From the NCBI RefSeq assembly GCF_032444005.1, contig NC_091286.1:639654001-639718000 (forward strand): a stretch of DNA of 64,000 nt, given 5' to 3'. The DNA is from Ranitomeya imitator. Its lineage: Eukaryota. Under the pieces are notes generated by a model that saw only the letters and a program-made list of their open reading frames with translations, searched no databases and had not been told where the DNA came from. A program made the translations under genes and the position numbers. Below, in pieces: positions 47,080-59,796 of this stretch (within the stretch, counting starts at the first letter, position 1; every line of letters starts with the position of its first letter).

Positions 47080-49860
47080 ACCGGTGCTGAGCTGACCCTT
47101 TCACTGCCATCATCTGTACTCCAAATGAGTACATTATTATATTGTTATCAGAAAGTATGAAGTACAGATGATGGCAGTGAAAGGGCAAGCATGTGTCTTC
47201 TTCTGAGTGTTTCGATTATCCGCTGCTGCAGACACTCGGTGGAGGATACAGGTCCTTACTCTTTCACTGCCATCATCTGTACTCCAAATGAGTACATTCT
47301 TATAGTGTTATCAGAAGGTACTCATATGAAGTACAGATGCTGGCAGTGAAAGGGCAAGCATGTGTCTTCTATTTAGTGTTCTGCATATCTGCTGATGCAT
47401 GGATTGTTTTGCTAAGCTCAACATTCAGATGTGGACACAGGTTCTTACCCTTTTACTGCCATCATCTGTACTCCAAATGAGTAAATTATTATATTTTTAT
47501 CAGAAACTACTCGTATGAAGTACAGATGCTGGCAGTGAAAGGGTCATCATGTGTCTTCTTCTGAGTGCTCTGCTTATCCGCTGCTGCAGACACTCAGTGG
47601 AGGATACAGGTCTTTATCATTTCACTGTCATCATCTGTACTCCAAATGAGTACATTCTTAAATTGTTTTCAGAAAGTGTCTTCTTCTGAGTGTTCCATCT
47701 TATCCGCTGCTGCAGACACTCAGTGGAGGATACAGGTCTTTACCCTTTCACTGCCATCATCTGTGCTCCAAATGAGTTCATTATTACATTATTATATTGT
47801 TATCAGAAGGTACTCATATGAAGTACAGATGCTGGCAGTGAAAGGGTCATCATGTGTCTTCTTCTGAGTGTTCTGCTTATCTGCTGCTGCAGACACTCAG
47901 TGGAGGATACAGGTATTTACCATTTCACTGCCATCATCTGTACTCCAAATGAGTACATTCTTAAATTGTTTTCAGAAAGTGTCTTCTTCTGAGTGTTCCG
48001 TCTTATCCGCTGCTGCAGACACTCAGTGGAGGATACAGGTCCTTACCCTTTCACTGCCATCATCTGTACTCCAAATGAGTAAATTCTTATAGTGTTATCA
48101 GAAGGTACTCATATGAAGTACAGATGCTGGCAGTGAAAGGGTCATCATGTGTCTTCTTCTCAGTGTTCCGTCTTATCCGCTGCTGCAGACACTCAGTGGA
48201 GGATACAGGTCTTTATCATTTCACTGCCATCATCTGTACTCCAAATGAGTACATTCTTAAATTGTTTTCAGAAAGTGTCTTCTTCTGAGTGTTCCGTCTT
48301 ATCTGCTGCTGCAGACACTCAGTGGAGGATACAGGTCCTTACCCTTTCACTGCCATCATCTGTACTCCAAATGAGTACATTCTTAAATTGTTTTCAGAAA
48401 GTGTCTTCTTCTGAGTGTTCCGTCTTATCTGCTGCTGCAGACACTCGGTGGAGGATACAGGTATTTACCATTTCACTGCCATCATCTGTACTCCAAATGA
48501 GTAAATTCTTATAGTGTTATCAGAAGGTACTCATGTGAAGTACAGATGCTGGCAGTGAAAGGGTCATCATGTGTCTTCTTCTGAGTGTTCCGTCTTATCC
48601 GCTGCTGCAGACACTCGGTGGAGGATACAGGTATTTACCATTTCACTGCCATCATCTGTACTCCAAATGAGTAAATTCTTATAGTGTTATCAGAAGGTAC
48701 TCATGTGAAGTACAGATGCTGGCAGTGAAAGGGTCATCATGTGTCTTCTCCTGAGTGTTCCGTCTTATCCGCTGCTGCAGACACTCGGTGGAGGATACAG
48801 GTATTTACCCTTTCACTGCCATCATCTGTACTCCAAATGAGTAAATTCTTATAGTGTTATCAGAAGGTACTCATGTGAAGTACAGATGCTGGCAGTGAAA
48901 GGGTCATCATGTGTCTTCTCCTGAGTGTTCCGTCTTATCCGCTGCTGCAGACACTCGGTGGAGGATACAGGTATTTACCCTTTCACTGCCATCATCTGTA
49001 CTCCAAATGAGTAAATTCTTATAGTGTTATCAGAAGGTACTCATGTGAAGTACAGATGCTGGCAGTGAAAGGGTCATCATGTGTCTTCTTCTGAGTGTTC
49101 CGTCTTATCCGCTGCTGCAGACACTCAGTGGAGGATACAGGTATTTACCATTTCACTGCCATCATCTGTGCTCCAAATGAGTAAATTCTTATAGTGTTAT
49201 CAGAAGGTACTCATGTGAAGTACAGATGCTGGCAGTGAAAGGGTCATCATGTGTCTTCTCCTGAGTGTTCCGTCTTATCCGCTGCTGCAGACACTCGGTG
49301 GAGGATACAGGTATTTACCATTTCACTGCCATCATCTGTGCTCCAAATGAGTAAATTCTTATAGTGTTATCAGAAGGTACTCATGTGAAGTACAGATGCT
49401 GGCAGTGAAAGGGTCATCATGTGTCTTCTCCTGAGTGTTCCGTCTTATCCGCTGCTGCAGACACTCGGTGGAGGATACAGGTATTTACCCTTTCACTGCC
49501 ATCATCTGTACTCCAAATGAGTAAATTCTTATAGTGTTATCAGAAGGTACTCATGTGAAGTACAGATGCTGGCAGTGAAAGGGTCATCATGTGTCTTCTC
49601 CTGAGTGTTCCGTCTTATCCGCTGCTGCAGACACTCAGTGGAGGATACAGGTATTTACCCTTTCACTGCCATCATCTGTACTCCAAATGAGTAAATTCTT
49701 ATAGTGTTATCAGAAGGTACTCATGTGAAGTACAGATGCTGGCAGTGAAAGGGTCATCATGTGTCTTCTTCTGAGTACTCTGCTTCTCCGCTGCTGCAGA
49801 CACTCAGTGGAGGATACAGGTCTTTACCCTTTCACTGCCATTATCTGTACTCCAATTCAG
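47080..49860. repeat. 170-bp satellite whose monomer contains a 36-bp-arm inverted repeat
   Basis: GTGTCTTC unit starts at 48571, 48741, 48911, 49081, 49251, 49421, 49591 and 49761. Shorter (about 115-bp) units lacking one arm are interspersed on the left. Confidence 0.95.
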
Positions 49861-50911
49861 TACGTTTTGATATCAATGCAGCTGAAGGCAGGGAAATAGA
49901 CCGGAGAGAAGCAGAGGATGATTTTTGGAAGCCACTTACAGACATTTCACAAGGATGATTTTATAACCTCTTAATATAGTGATTTACAGAGTTTCCTACC
50001 TTTCCCTTCTGGACAAAATTCTTTAAAAATAATGAAAGCTTAATGACTTTTTAAAGAATTTGTCAGATAAAGCATATTATAAAGTCATAGAAATGTTCAT
50101 TTATTAGGCTTTATTTTTGTGAAACCATAAAACCCCATCATCCTTCCCTTCTCCTGCTTATTCCATGACACGACCGTGCATTATACATAACAGAGGCATA
50201 TCCCGACACCTACGAGCTTAGATACTAAGATCAATCCATTAGAGGGCCAAGAAAAGTCATCTATTACTAATACCATCAGACGCGGAAGAAGAAATAGATA
50301 CTTTTTTCGGGGGAAGTTTTAAAAGGATTCGTTGGAATAAATATAAATGAGTTTGGAATTAGATCATTTATTTTAGGGCTGTAACATTCAGGAGGCTGCT
50401 ACTATTACCGCCATTACATAGAAATGGGTGCGAGCCAATCCCCACTTATTAAATCCATATGGAAAGGTTAAGTGAGAAGCGCTGAGAGAAGGGAGCGCTG
50501 GACATTGTGAAGTGACAGCACGCTAAAGTAATCTAGATAAAAGATTTGCTTCAGACAAGCTTGTCAGATGAACGCCGAAACGCTCATAGATCGGAGAAAG
50601 CAAGGTATTGTGTATCTCGTGAACCTTCCCATAAGATATTGGAATAGCTGTCGGAAAAATGTGATTATTTTGCTTGGTCGGTGGAAGGAATTTTTTTTCT
50701 TTTTTTTTTAACATATATCAAGAGAGTTTGGTTTGCTTGTGTTAGATGTAACCAGGGGCCAGGAGTGTAATGTATACGATGACTGCAAATCTGAACGGCC
50801 ATTTACAAAGAAGAAATTTGTAGGATTCAATGAATCAAATGGAAGCAGGAGATCCAGGTAATGTAAAAATGAAGCATCTGTTCTGGGAGAAATGTGCAGT
50901 CCTCCGTAAGT

Positions 50912-50926
50912 CCAGTAGGTGGCACT
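50912..50926 (+). promoter_or_regulatory. CTCF-consensus motif
   Basis: CCAGTAGGTGGCACT matches the CCASYAGRKGGCRS core; binding untested. Confidence 0.35.
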
Positions 50927-51719
50927 AGACATACGTCAAAATATTGCGTTCTCACATTGTCGTCCTATGCCACACTGGATGGCGTTTCTGGTGCGTTCTG
51001 TAACATGGGACTGCAAACACGGCAATGTTTCCCTTTTTCTATTGATTAGCTCTGCCCGTCTGCATAGCGTGGAGATTCAGCATCTGAAACCAGATATTTG
51101 GTGGAATTGGGTGTTTCGACAGGTGGACAAATTGATTAAAGGTGTTATCAGGGACTTTTTTTTCTTTTTACTATGGGCCTAACTACCTGCCTATTGTGCC
51201 CGATATCTGCTGACACAGAGAGGTCACGGACCACTCTTGCCGGCGATTCTGCATCTTCCAATGATGTCACGTTGACTGAGCAGCCTGCAAGAAGAAGATG
51301 AGCTGCTCTGTTGATGTGGAGCAGCTGAATCACTGGCAAGAGCGGTCACTTAGGAACTACCTGCCTGTCAGTTCTTAGCCTAAATGAGAAAAAAATTAAA
51401 ATAGTCCTGGATATTTCCTTCAACGCCCAGTGACGGCCATAGAACGCCATGATCGGGTGTCAGTTCCTGCACCATGACGTGTAGGACCATCAAGACTGTC
51501 ATGGCGTGTAAACACTCAGTGACAGTTCAATGCCGACAGCTATCTGAGACGGGCGGTGTGTGACGGGCACTGATTGGTAAGTCAATCAGACTGACTGTTC
51601 ACAGCATGATCTCGCAGGAGTCGCTGAAATATAAGCATCTCCTGCCCAATCACAGCGGGAGCTGCTAGTGGCCAAACTCCTGCACGAAAAGCCAGGGACG
51701 GTGCCAGCACAGCCCTTGT

Positions 51720-53060
51720 CTGTTTAACCCCTAAATTGCACAACAAACTGTAATGTCCATTTTTCCTATTAGCCCTTATTAAAATTTGGAGCAACAACAA
51801 CAACATTGTAAAGGTAAAAATGTAATTATTCTTTCTTCACTGCCCGATGGTATAAATTTCTATGAGGCACATGTGGGATCAACATGCTCACTGCACCGCT
51901 AGATAAATTCAATGAGAGGTGTAGTTTGTAAAATGAGGTCACTGTTCTGCCACCACATAGGCTCTGCTAATGGGACATGGCACCCTTGAACCATTCCAGA
52001 AAAATCTGAAATCCAATATGGCGCTTGTTCCCTTTTGAGCAATGCACTATGCCTCAAAAATAGTTTTCAACCACATATGGGGTATCGATGTACTCACGAG
52101 AAATTGCACAAAATATTGCACTTGCCATTTTTTTATTTTCACGGATCTACGTTATAGACTTCTGTGAAGCACATAGGGGTTCAAAGTGTTCACCAGACAT
52201 CTAGATACATTCCTTGAGGGTACTAGTTTCCAACATGAGATCAATTATGTGGGGTTTCAACTGTTTAGACACATGAGGGGTTCTCCAAACATGACATGAC
52301 GTCCGCTCTCGATTCTTGCCATTTTTGAGTTTAAAAAGTCAAACGGTGCTCCATGCCTTCCGAGCCCTGCCATGCACCCATACAGTAGTTTTGCCCCAGA
52401 TATCAGGTATCGGCATACTCAGGAGAAACTGGCCACCAAATTTGGTGTCCTATTTCTCCTGTTTCCATTGCAAAAATAAAAAATATGGGGCTAAGAGAAC
52501 ATTTTTGTGGGAAAGATGTGATATATTATTTTCATGGCTCTATGTTATAAACTTCTTTTAAGCACCTGGGGTTAAAGATGCTCACCACACATCTAGATAC
52601 ATTCCTTGAGGGTTCCAGTTTGCAAAATGGTGTCACTTGTGGGGAGGTTTACTCTGTTCTGGCACATCAGTGGCTCTCCAAACACAACATGACATGTGCT
52701 CTTGATTCCAGCCATATTTGCGTTTAAAAAGTAAAATGGTGATTCCTCCCTTCCGAGCCCTGCTGTGCACCCAAACAGTAGTTTTCCCCACATATGGGGG
52801 TATTAGCGTACTCAGAACAAATTGCAGAACTAATTTTGACGTTCAAAAATTTTCATTTTTTTTCTTCCACATTGCATTAATTCCTGTGAAACATATTAAG
52901 GGTTAAAACGCTTCTTAAATCTGAATGGATTCACTTTTGGGTATTTTCTGTCTTATAGGCCCCCAACATCACTTCAAATGTGATGTCGTCCCTAAAAAAA
53001 TGGTTTTGTACATTTTTTTTGAAGAAATTGTTGATTAACTTGTAACCCTTCTAACTTCCT
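51720..53060. mobile_element. Older diverged copy of the about 390-bp-repeat piggyBac-like family
   Basis: Shares motifs (CACATCTAGATA, GGTGTCACTTGTGGGG, CCCTTCCGAGC, CCACATATGGGG) with 18000-19900. Boundaries approximate. Confidence 0.7.
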
Positions 53061-53181
53061 AAACAGTCATGAGACATGCAGCAGTGGGGGCTCAAACGTA
53101 TTGTTCGAGCACATCGAAGACACTTGGTTACCACACAAGCATGCTCGGATATCACCTCATCTAAGCATGTTCGCTCATCAC

Positions 53182-54099
53182 TAGGGTTGAGCGACTTTTC
53201 TTTTTATAGGATCGGGTCGGGTTTCACGAGTGAAATCGGCCGATCCTATAGAAAAGTCGGGGTCGGCCGAAACACGAAACCCAATGCAGTGCATTGGGTT
53301 TCTAATGGTTCCCAGGGTCTGAAGGAGAGGAAACTCTCCTTCAGGCCCTGGGATCCATATTTAAGTGTAAAATAAAGAATCAAAATAAAAAATATTGATA
53401 TACTTACCCTCGGACGCGCCCCCTGGTTCTCACCGGCAGCTTTCCTTCCTAAGAATCAGCGCCTGAAGGACCTTTCGATGATGTCGCGGCTTGTGATTGG
53501 TCGCGTGAGCGGTCACATGGGCGTCACGCGACCAATCTCAAGCCGCGATGTCATCTAAGGTCCTTCAGGCGCTGATTCTTAGGAAGGAAGGCTGCGGGTT
53601 AGAACCAGGGCGCGTCTGAGGGTGAGTATATACCTATTAGGAATATACTCACCCTCGGACGCGCCCTCGGACGCTTCCTTCCTAAAAATTAGCACCTGAA
53701 GGACCTTAGATGACGTCGCGGCTTGTGATTGGTCGCGTGACGCCCATGTGACCGCTCACGCGACCAATAACAAGCCGCGACGTCATCGAAGGCCCTTCAG
53801 GTGCTCATTCTTAGGAAGGAAGGCTGCCGGTGAGAACCAGGGCGCGTCCGAGGGTGAGTATATCAATATTTTTTTTATTTTTATTTTTATTCTTTATTTT
53901 ACACTTAAATATGAATTCCGATACCGATTCCTGATATCTTAAACATATCGGAACTCGGTATCGGAATTCCGATTCCAGATCAGAAGATCGCCGACCTCAT
54001 GGCCGACCCCACACAGGGGTCAGGTCGGGTTTCATGAAACCCGACTATGCAAAAAGTCGGCGACTTCTGAATCTGGCCGACCCGTTTCGCTCAACCCTA
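53182..54099. mobile_element. hAT-type MITE sharing its terminus with the large hAT element
   Basis: TIRs TAGGGTTGAGCGA / TCGCTCAACCCTA with 8-bp TSD CTCATCAC. Confidence 0.95.
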
Positions 54100-54381
54100 C
54101 TCATCACTACTGGTGAGTCAAATTTTACCAAATTTGGTTTTCTTTATTGAAAAGTTGTTGATATTTTAGGATTTATATACCAACACATTTATCCTCTATA
54201 TTTTTTAGCCGTAAAGCAAAAAAATATAGAAACTCTAAGAGAAAAACTTTACACTCAGCCAAAGTAAACATTTAAAAGATATATACATTTTATTGAAGAC
54301 ATTGTAAAATCAAAGGTAAAAATTGAAAAATACCACTGATACAGACAATAGGTGAGTACACCCAGATAGAGTTTAACATTA

Positions 54382-54863
54382 AGGAGGGAGTCACACTAAA
54401 AGTGTGGAAAATTGGTACGAGTCTCCCTGCCGAGAGTTGCACATGTGTTCTCCGTATGGTCATCCAAGTGTAATCCATTTGCAATGCGATGATGCGATTT
54501 TCTCTCACCTATGTATCCGTATGACATGCGTATGACATGTGTATGGCTTTACATTTCATACTGATATTCCCCATTGAATTAAATTGCTCAAAGGGCTGAA
54601 ATTAAGAAAATGTTGCGTATTTGTCGCAAGCTAGACAGATGGTCTGCGTGGCCTCTGTTCTCGCACCCAAAGGCTTGCATTGGCGAGTCTCAGACGATAT
54701 ACGCGTACAGTCTCAGCATGCTGCAATTTTACATGCACGTCGAATATGGCTGAGAAAAAATACTGTGATGTGCGCTTCCCCATAGATTAACAGTGGCCCG
54801 AGTGCTATACTAAGTTTTCTCACATAGCACTTGCCCATATTCTACGGTAGTGTGACCCCGGCT
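54382..54863. mobile_element. Degenerate Harbinger-like MITE
   Basis: Ends AGGAGGGAGTCACACTA and TAGTGTGACCCCGGCT are imperfect inverted repeats flanked by TA/TTAA-like sequence. Confidence 0.55.
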
Positions 54864-55089
54864 TAAAATAGACTCTCTATATCAGAGATTAGTAAAGCAC
54901 TTTCATTTTAGGATTTGGTTTAATCCCAAATTCAGCTCTGTAGCTGAGAACATTGTATTCGCATCTAGGGACAGTTGCATATTCTCAATGATCAGATCAT
55001 TCTTTCTTTTTGTGCTGACAATTTTACCAGGGTTGATAAAGAAAAACAGATACAAAGAAAACAGATAACTGGTGAAAGATGAAAAAAAT

Positions 55090-55220
55090 GATATTGAGGT
55101 CAGGAGACTGAGACGGCCACTCCAGAACCTTCACTTTGTTCTGCTGTAGCCAATGACAGGTCAATTTGGCCTTGTGTTTTGGATCTTTGTCATGTTGGAA
55201 CGTCCAAGTATGTCCCATGC
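55090..55220 (-). mobile_element. Internal Tc1 transposase fragment
   Basis: Reads [28 protein letters not shown]. Confidence 0.85.
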
Positions 55221-55899
55221 TTTAGCTGTTACAGAAGTGGACATGAGAGCTGTTTTTGTGTTGCCTAGCACAACACATATTTCTCAATGCACCATAACAT
55301 CTACGCATGCACCTCACTCACAGTCCAGCAGTTTGTCTTGTTCTCAGTACTCCACCCTCTCTCAGCACAGCAGCCAGCCCATGGTCCTGCAGTTGTGGTC
55401 ACGTAAAGAATGTGTCCTCCTACACATCTTAAAACTAAGAGCTTGAACTCCACCATCTCTAATCTGTTGGCCATGGAAATGCTGTCTTCCATGGTGGATA
55501 CAGATAGTTTCTGAAAGTTGGGTCTCTATCTGGTGGGTTGCCTGTAGCAGAAGATGTGTCAGAGGCCTATTATACTGTTTCTACTCTGTGGAAATTGAGG
55601 CCACTTTAGTGCTGTCTGGCAATATTCTTTTTGAAATGTGGAGTCTCCAAGCAGGGTCTCCATCTGGTGGGTTGTCTATGTAAGTAGGGCTCCCAGACAG
55701 GCAGGTCTGCACTTACTATCAGTCAACTACCAGCGTTACTTTCCTTACATTTTCTACCAATAGTACTGAATGAAACCGATGTTTGCGCCATCTGAGTGTG
55801 GCTGGAATATAAAAAAATTGGAGCTGTTGCATGAGGTAGCAAGTCTCCCAGCTAAGAAGGATTACATTGCTCCCTTAAACACCAGGTCCTCACTGAAAC

Positions 55900-56210
55900 T
55901 TCAATTCCAAGCTTTAAATGCTGGCTCAGACCCTGTCTCATGCATGGCCCATGGCTGACTGCTTCTGCGCCATTATAAAATTTCTACTCTGGGTCAGTTG
56001 ATGCCAGTTTTCAAGGTGTCTGCCCAAAATATCGAGCTTTTTGGTCAGATTTTTGCCCCCCATGAAGGTGTTGTCTATGCGTTTGTTTTTGCCTCCCATT
56101 GAACGAGGTTCGCATACATTTGACGAACCATTCGCCAAACTGTTTGGGGAACTTCGGCCCGTTCGCTGAATCTGAACTGAACCGAACCTTCAAAGGTTTG
56201 CTCATCTCTA
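55900..56210. mobile_element. One end of a TAGAGATGAGC-type hAT MITE
   Basis: Ends GGTTTGCTCATCTCTA after CGAAC/GTTCG-rich subterminal sequence; left boundary not found. Confidence 0.55.
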
Positions 56211-57185
56211 TTCGCTATGTCTCTTACCGCATATGCAGGCACTGCAGGACCTTAGGTATCCATGGTTACGACCACAACTAGCTAACTGTCACTATATCAG
56301 TGGTCGTATTATTACATACTCTTCTAATTTCTATAATCTGTAAAAATTGTCTGACTCCCGCAGTATCAACTATAATTATGCCCATTTTACATCCCCTTTT
56401 GACTTTCCCCTTTACATAGGAACACTAGCATAGACTTTTTACCATCGTGACAGTGGTGAACCTTACGCAAATCTATGTTAAGTCCAAATTATTTTGCGTG
56501 AAATTCTCAATATGTTTTCTATAAGCTCGTTTACCTAGTGTCTTGTAATCCAGCCATAGTCAGTCTGGGCACCTTTAACTATATAGAAAGAGTCGAGAGA
56601 GATTTTGTCCAGGAAATGATTAATGTTCTTAGATGTTATGTCAGACCAAAGTGGGACCGCCATAAAATCCAGCCTACGAATACACTCTACAAAGATTCCA
56701 AAAATAACCAAAAATGAAATGACATCATCTAGTTATGAAACCTAAATAATATTTATTAGTGTGAGGCACCTCGAACAGTGAGTTTAGTTGACATGACATA
56801 TCACAGGCCATATTATGTTATCAGTTCGGTGAACTTATAAACCCAGCAAAGTATTGTAGACCATTACAGGCCGTGGCTGGTATGTTTTCATAACTGGAAA
56901 TGTCCAATCGGCTCGATCGTCTACAGATGTTTTTCAATTAAGACCTTTATGTTTTTTAAAGGAAATGTCAGGTTTAATATGATACGTAAATCACGTGGCT
57001 CTGTTCAAAGAGCAACAGAGACCTAAGCCAGACTTTATGTGACTCCGTTAATAAGGGTTTAAATAAAGTAAGATAGTTCACACAGCGTACCTGGCGTGAT
57101 TTACTGTAGTTCGAGATTAGGATATCAATGTGGAGTCATTTCTTAAGGGGGTTTAAAGGGAACCTGACAGCTGATATATAGCGCC

Positions 57186-57560
57186 CAGTGGGGGAAATAA
57201 GTATTTGATCCACTGCCGATTTTGCAAGTTTTCCCACCTACAAAGAATGGAGAGATCGGTAATTTTTATCGTAGGTACACTTCAACTGTGAGAGACAGAA
57301 TCTGAAAATAAAAACCACAAAATCACATTGTACATAATTAATTCACATTTTATAGCATGAAATAAGTATTTGATCACCTACCAAAAAGCAAGAATTCTGG
57401 CTCATACAGGCCAGTTAGTTTTTCTTTAAGAAGCCTCCTACTCTGCACTTATTACCTGTGTTAATTGTGCCTGTTTGAATTCATTACCTGTATAAAAGAC
57501 AGCTGTCCACACATGCAATCAATCCCACTCTAACCTCTCCACCATGGCCATGACCAAAGA
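57186..57560 (+). mobile_element. Left arm of a Tc1 element (TIR to start of transposase)
   Basis: CAGTGGGGGAAATAAGTATTTGATC start and ATGGCCATGACCAAAGA (TKE-like start); similar to the ends of 45045-46574. Confidence 0.75.
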
Positions 57561-57572
57561 TGTTTTTAAAGG

Positions 57573-57840
57573 AGTTTTCCCAAAAACGAAAGTTCATTTT
57601 AAAAATTGTCTGTGTCTGACTGTGTACAGAACATACCACAGCTCCTGGGCAGGGGAGGAAGCAAAAGACAATTCTGACATTACAGCAGGAGATCACAGAG
57701 GATAAATTTTGTGAGGTAAAATATTGTTTAAAAACAGTCAGTGAAATATTTTACCTGACAAAATGAATCCTCTGTGATCCCCTGCTGTAATATCAGTATA
57801 GTATTTTGCTTCCTCCCCTGCCCAGGAGATGTGGTACACG
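57573..57840. mobile_element. Palindromic T2-like MITE remnant
   Basis: TTAAAGGAGTTTTCCC start and long imperfect inverted repeat (CCTGGGCAGGGGAGGAAGCAAAA / TTTTGCTTCCTCCCCTGCCCAGG). Confidence 0.6.
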
Positions 57841-58355
57841 GTCAGGCACACTCACCCCTGTGACAGCAACACACTCCCTCTCTTATTCTCCCTCAGCGTC
57901 TGATGTCAATGATGCAGATACTCACAGTGGGCGCCATGACGTCAGTGCATGGCGCCTGCTGTGCTGAGATGAGCGGGCACTAACCGCAGCAGGGGGAACG
58001 AAGAGGAGAGATGACTTCTGGGTATTGTATTTTTTTATGAGGAGTGTATTATTCTGTATGGAGGCCTATGAGAACTGCATATTGATGGCATATTTTTCTC
58101 TTAAATTGCATTAGTGCAAATTCTTGTCAACAGGGTGAGATGACTATCTCTCTTTGACCACATGTCCCGAAATGAGATGCACAAGATGAGAAACTTTGAA
58201 AAAAACAACAGCATGATTTTACCATACTCTTTTGGGATTTGTTTCTGCTATTTGTGATCACCCAGTGGCTGTGATGTGTATTGCAGGCTGTAAAGAGTTT
58301 TTCTAGTATGCAAAAATATTGTATTGAATTAATCCTTTACCAAATTTAAGAAAGG

Positions 58356-59098
58356 ACCACAGTACCAACCCATACAAAGATAAAAATTGGCACAAGGAAT
58401 GTAAAATTAACAAGTTTTATTAATGAATTATTTGTTAAACATACATCATAATTACCTAGGTACCTCAAACAACAACTAGACGCCACTAGGCATAGGGCAC
58501 AAATAACCACAACTACTATATTATTAATAATGAGAGATACACTCATACAGCATAATACCACATACACATGATATCTCCCTATACTACCTAGTTTAAGCCA
58601 CTGGCGCACGCCTAAGTGGCAGAAAAAACCAAGGGAGACTCTCCATGGGTGGGCCGCGCATTAGGACGTGGGCACTATATAGGTAATATACCTTCACTTG
58701 CTATTTAAAGTACTTTTATACTACGCAGGTATTTTACTAAGTACATGGAGAGTCTCCCTTGGTTTTTTCTGCCACTTAGGCGTGCGCCAGTGGCTTAAAC
58801 TAGGTAGTATAGGGAGATGTCATGTGTATGTGGTATTATGCTGTATGAGTGTATCTCTCATTATTAATAATATAGTAGTTGTGGTTATTTGTGCCCTATG
58901 CCTAGTGGCGTCTAGTTGTTGTTTGAGGTACCTAGGTAATTATGATGTATGTTTAACAAATAATTCATTAATAAAACTTGTTAATTTTACATTCCTTGTG
59001 CCAATTTTTATCTTTGTATGGGTTGGTACTGTGGTCCTTTGTACTAGTACGGAATGTGACCAAGCCTTGAGCTTAGGTCATTTGGATTTAAATGTATG
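58356..59098. mobile_element. Fold-back insertion with near-perfect 297-bp inverted arms
   Basis: Arms at 58351-58647 and 58744-59040 with a 96-bp spacer. Flanking 15-bp direct repeat CAAATTTAAGAAAGG at 58341-58355 and 59099-59113. Confidence 0.75.
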
Positions 59099-59216
59099 CA
59101 AATTTAAGAAAGGTAAGGTTGGACACACCTGTGTGTGACGGTGCCTGCTGTTTAAAGACCTAAGGAGATGATCATGATGGGGAATAATTTTTAGACTTTT
59201 CGTCAGTCATCCTGAT

Positions 59217-59796
59217 TGTCATGACCCTGTACAGGATAGTTCCGCTTCCATCCTGCTCAGGCAAGGGTTAACTTTAGTTCGCCTCTCTTTTGTTCTGGGG
59301 TGGCTTTTTAATGTTGACAGTTCCTGGGTTTGGTGTCAGTGATACATCCGTATTCTTGGCTAGTGGTTGCTGACCCAGGTTACTTCCATAATTGTTGTGC
59401 CTCTGTGCTCGTGTGCCTTGCTGTGTATGACCCGGATTGTCCCCGGACTCTCGCCTCTGGATCCTGCATTGTACTGCCCCGTCTCTCCTGGTTATCTGAC
59501 CCCCATGGCTTGTCTCTGTTTACTCTTTGTCTTATCCCTAGGTACTACGCTCTCATCAGGCTTTTGACCCTCGGCTTTCCTTGACCATGTGTACTGACTT
59601 TGCCTTGCCTTGCAAGCGTGGCGGCTCCACCCCCTGGTCACGTGACTGCTCAGTGCCAGGTCCTGTGCCCTGCTCACTGCTTAGTCTCAGGTTCTTGTGC
59701 ACAGCGTGCCTTGTCCCTGCACTCCCAGTGCTCATTCACATGACCCCTTGATAGTGCCCCGTAGGCAGCGCCAGTGACACCACTGGTGTCATCACA
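59217..59796. mobile_element. Probable solo LTR
   Basis: Begins TGTCATG and ends CATCACA; flanks CTGAT / CTCAT form a 4-of-5 matching TSD. Confidence 0.55.

Noticed and set aside
50565-50590. CAGATGAACGCCGAAACGC as a hammerhead
   Set aside because: The core box is CAGAUGA not CUGAUGA, and stem II cannot form convincingly.
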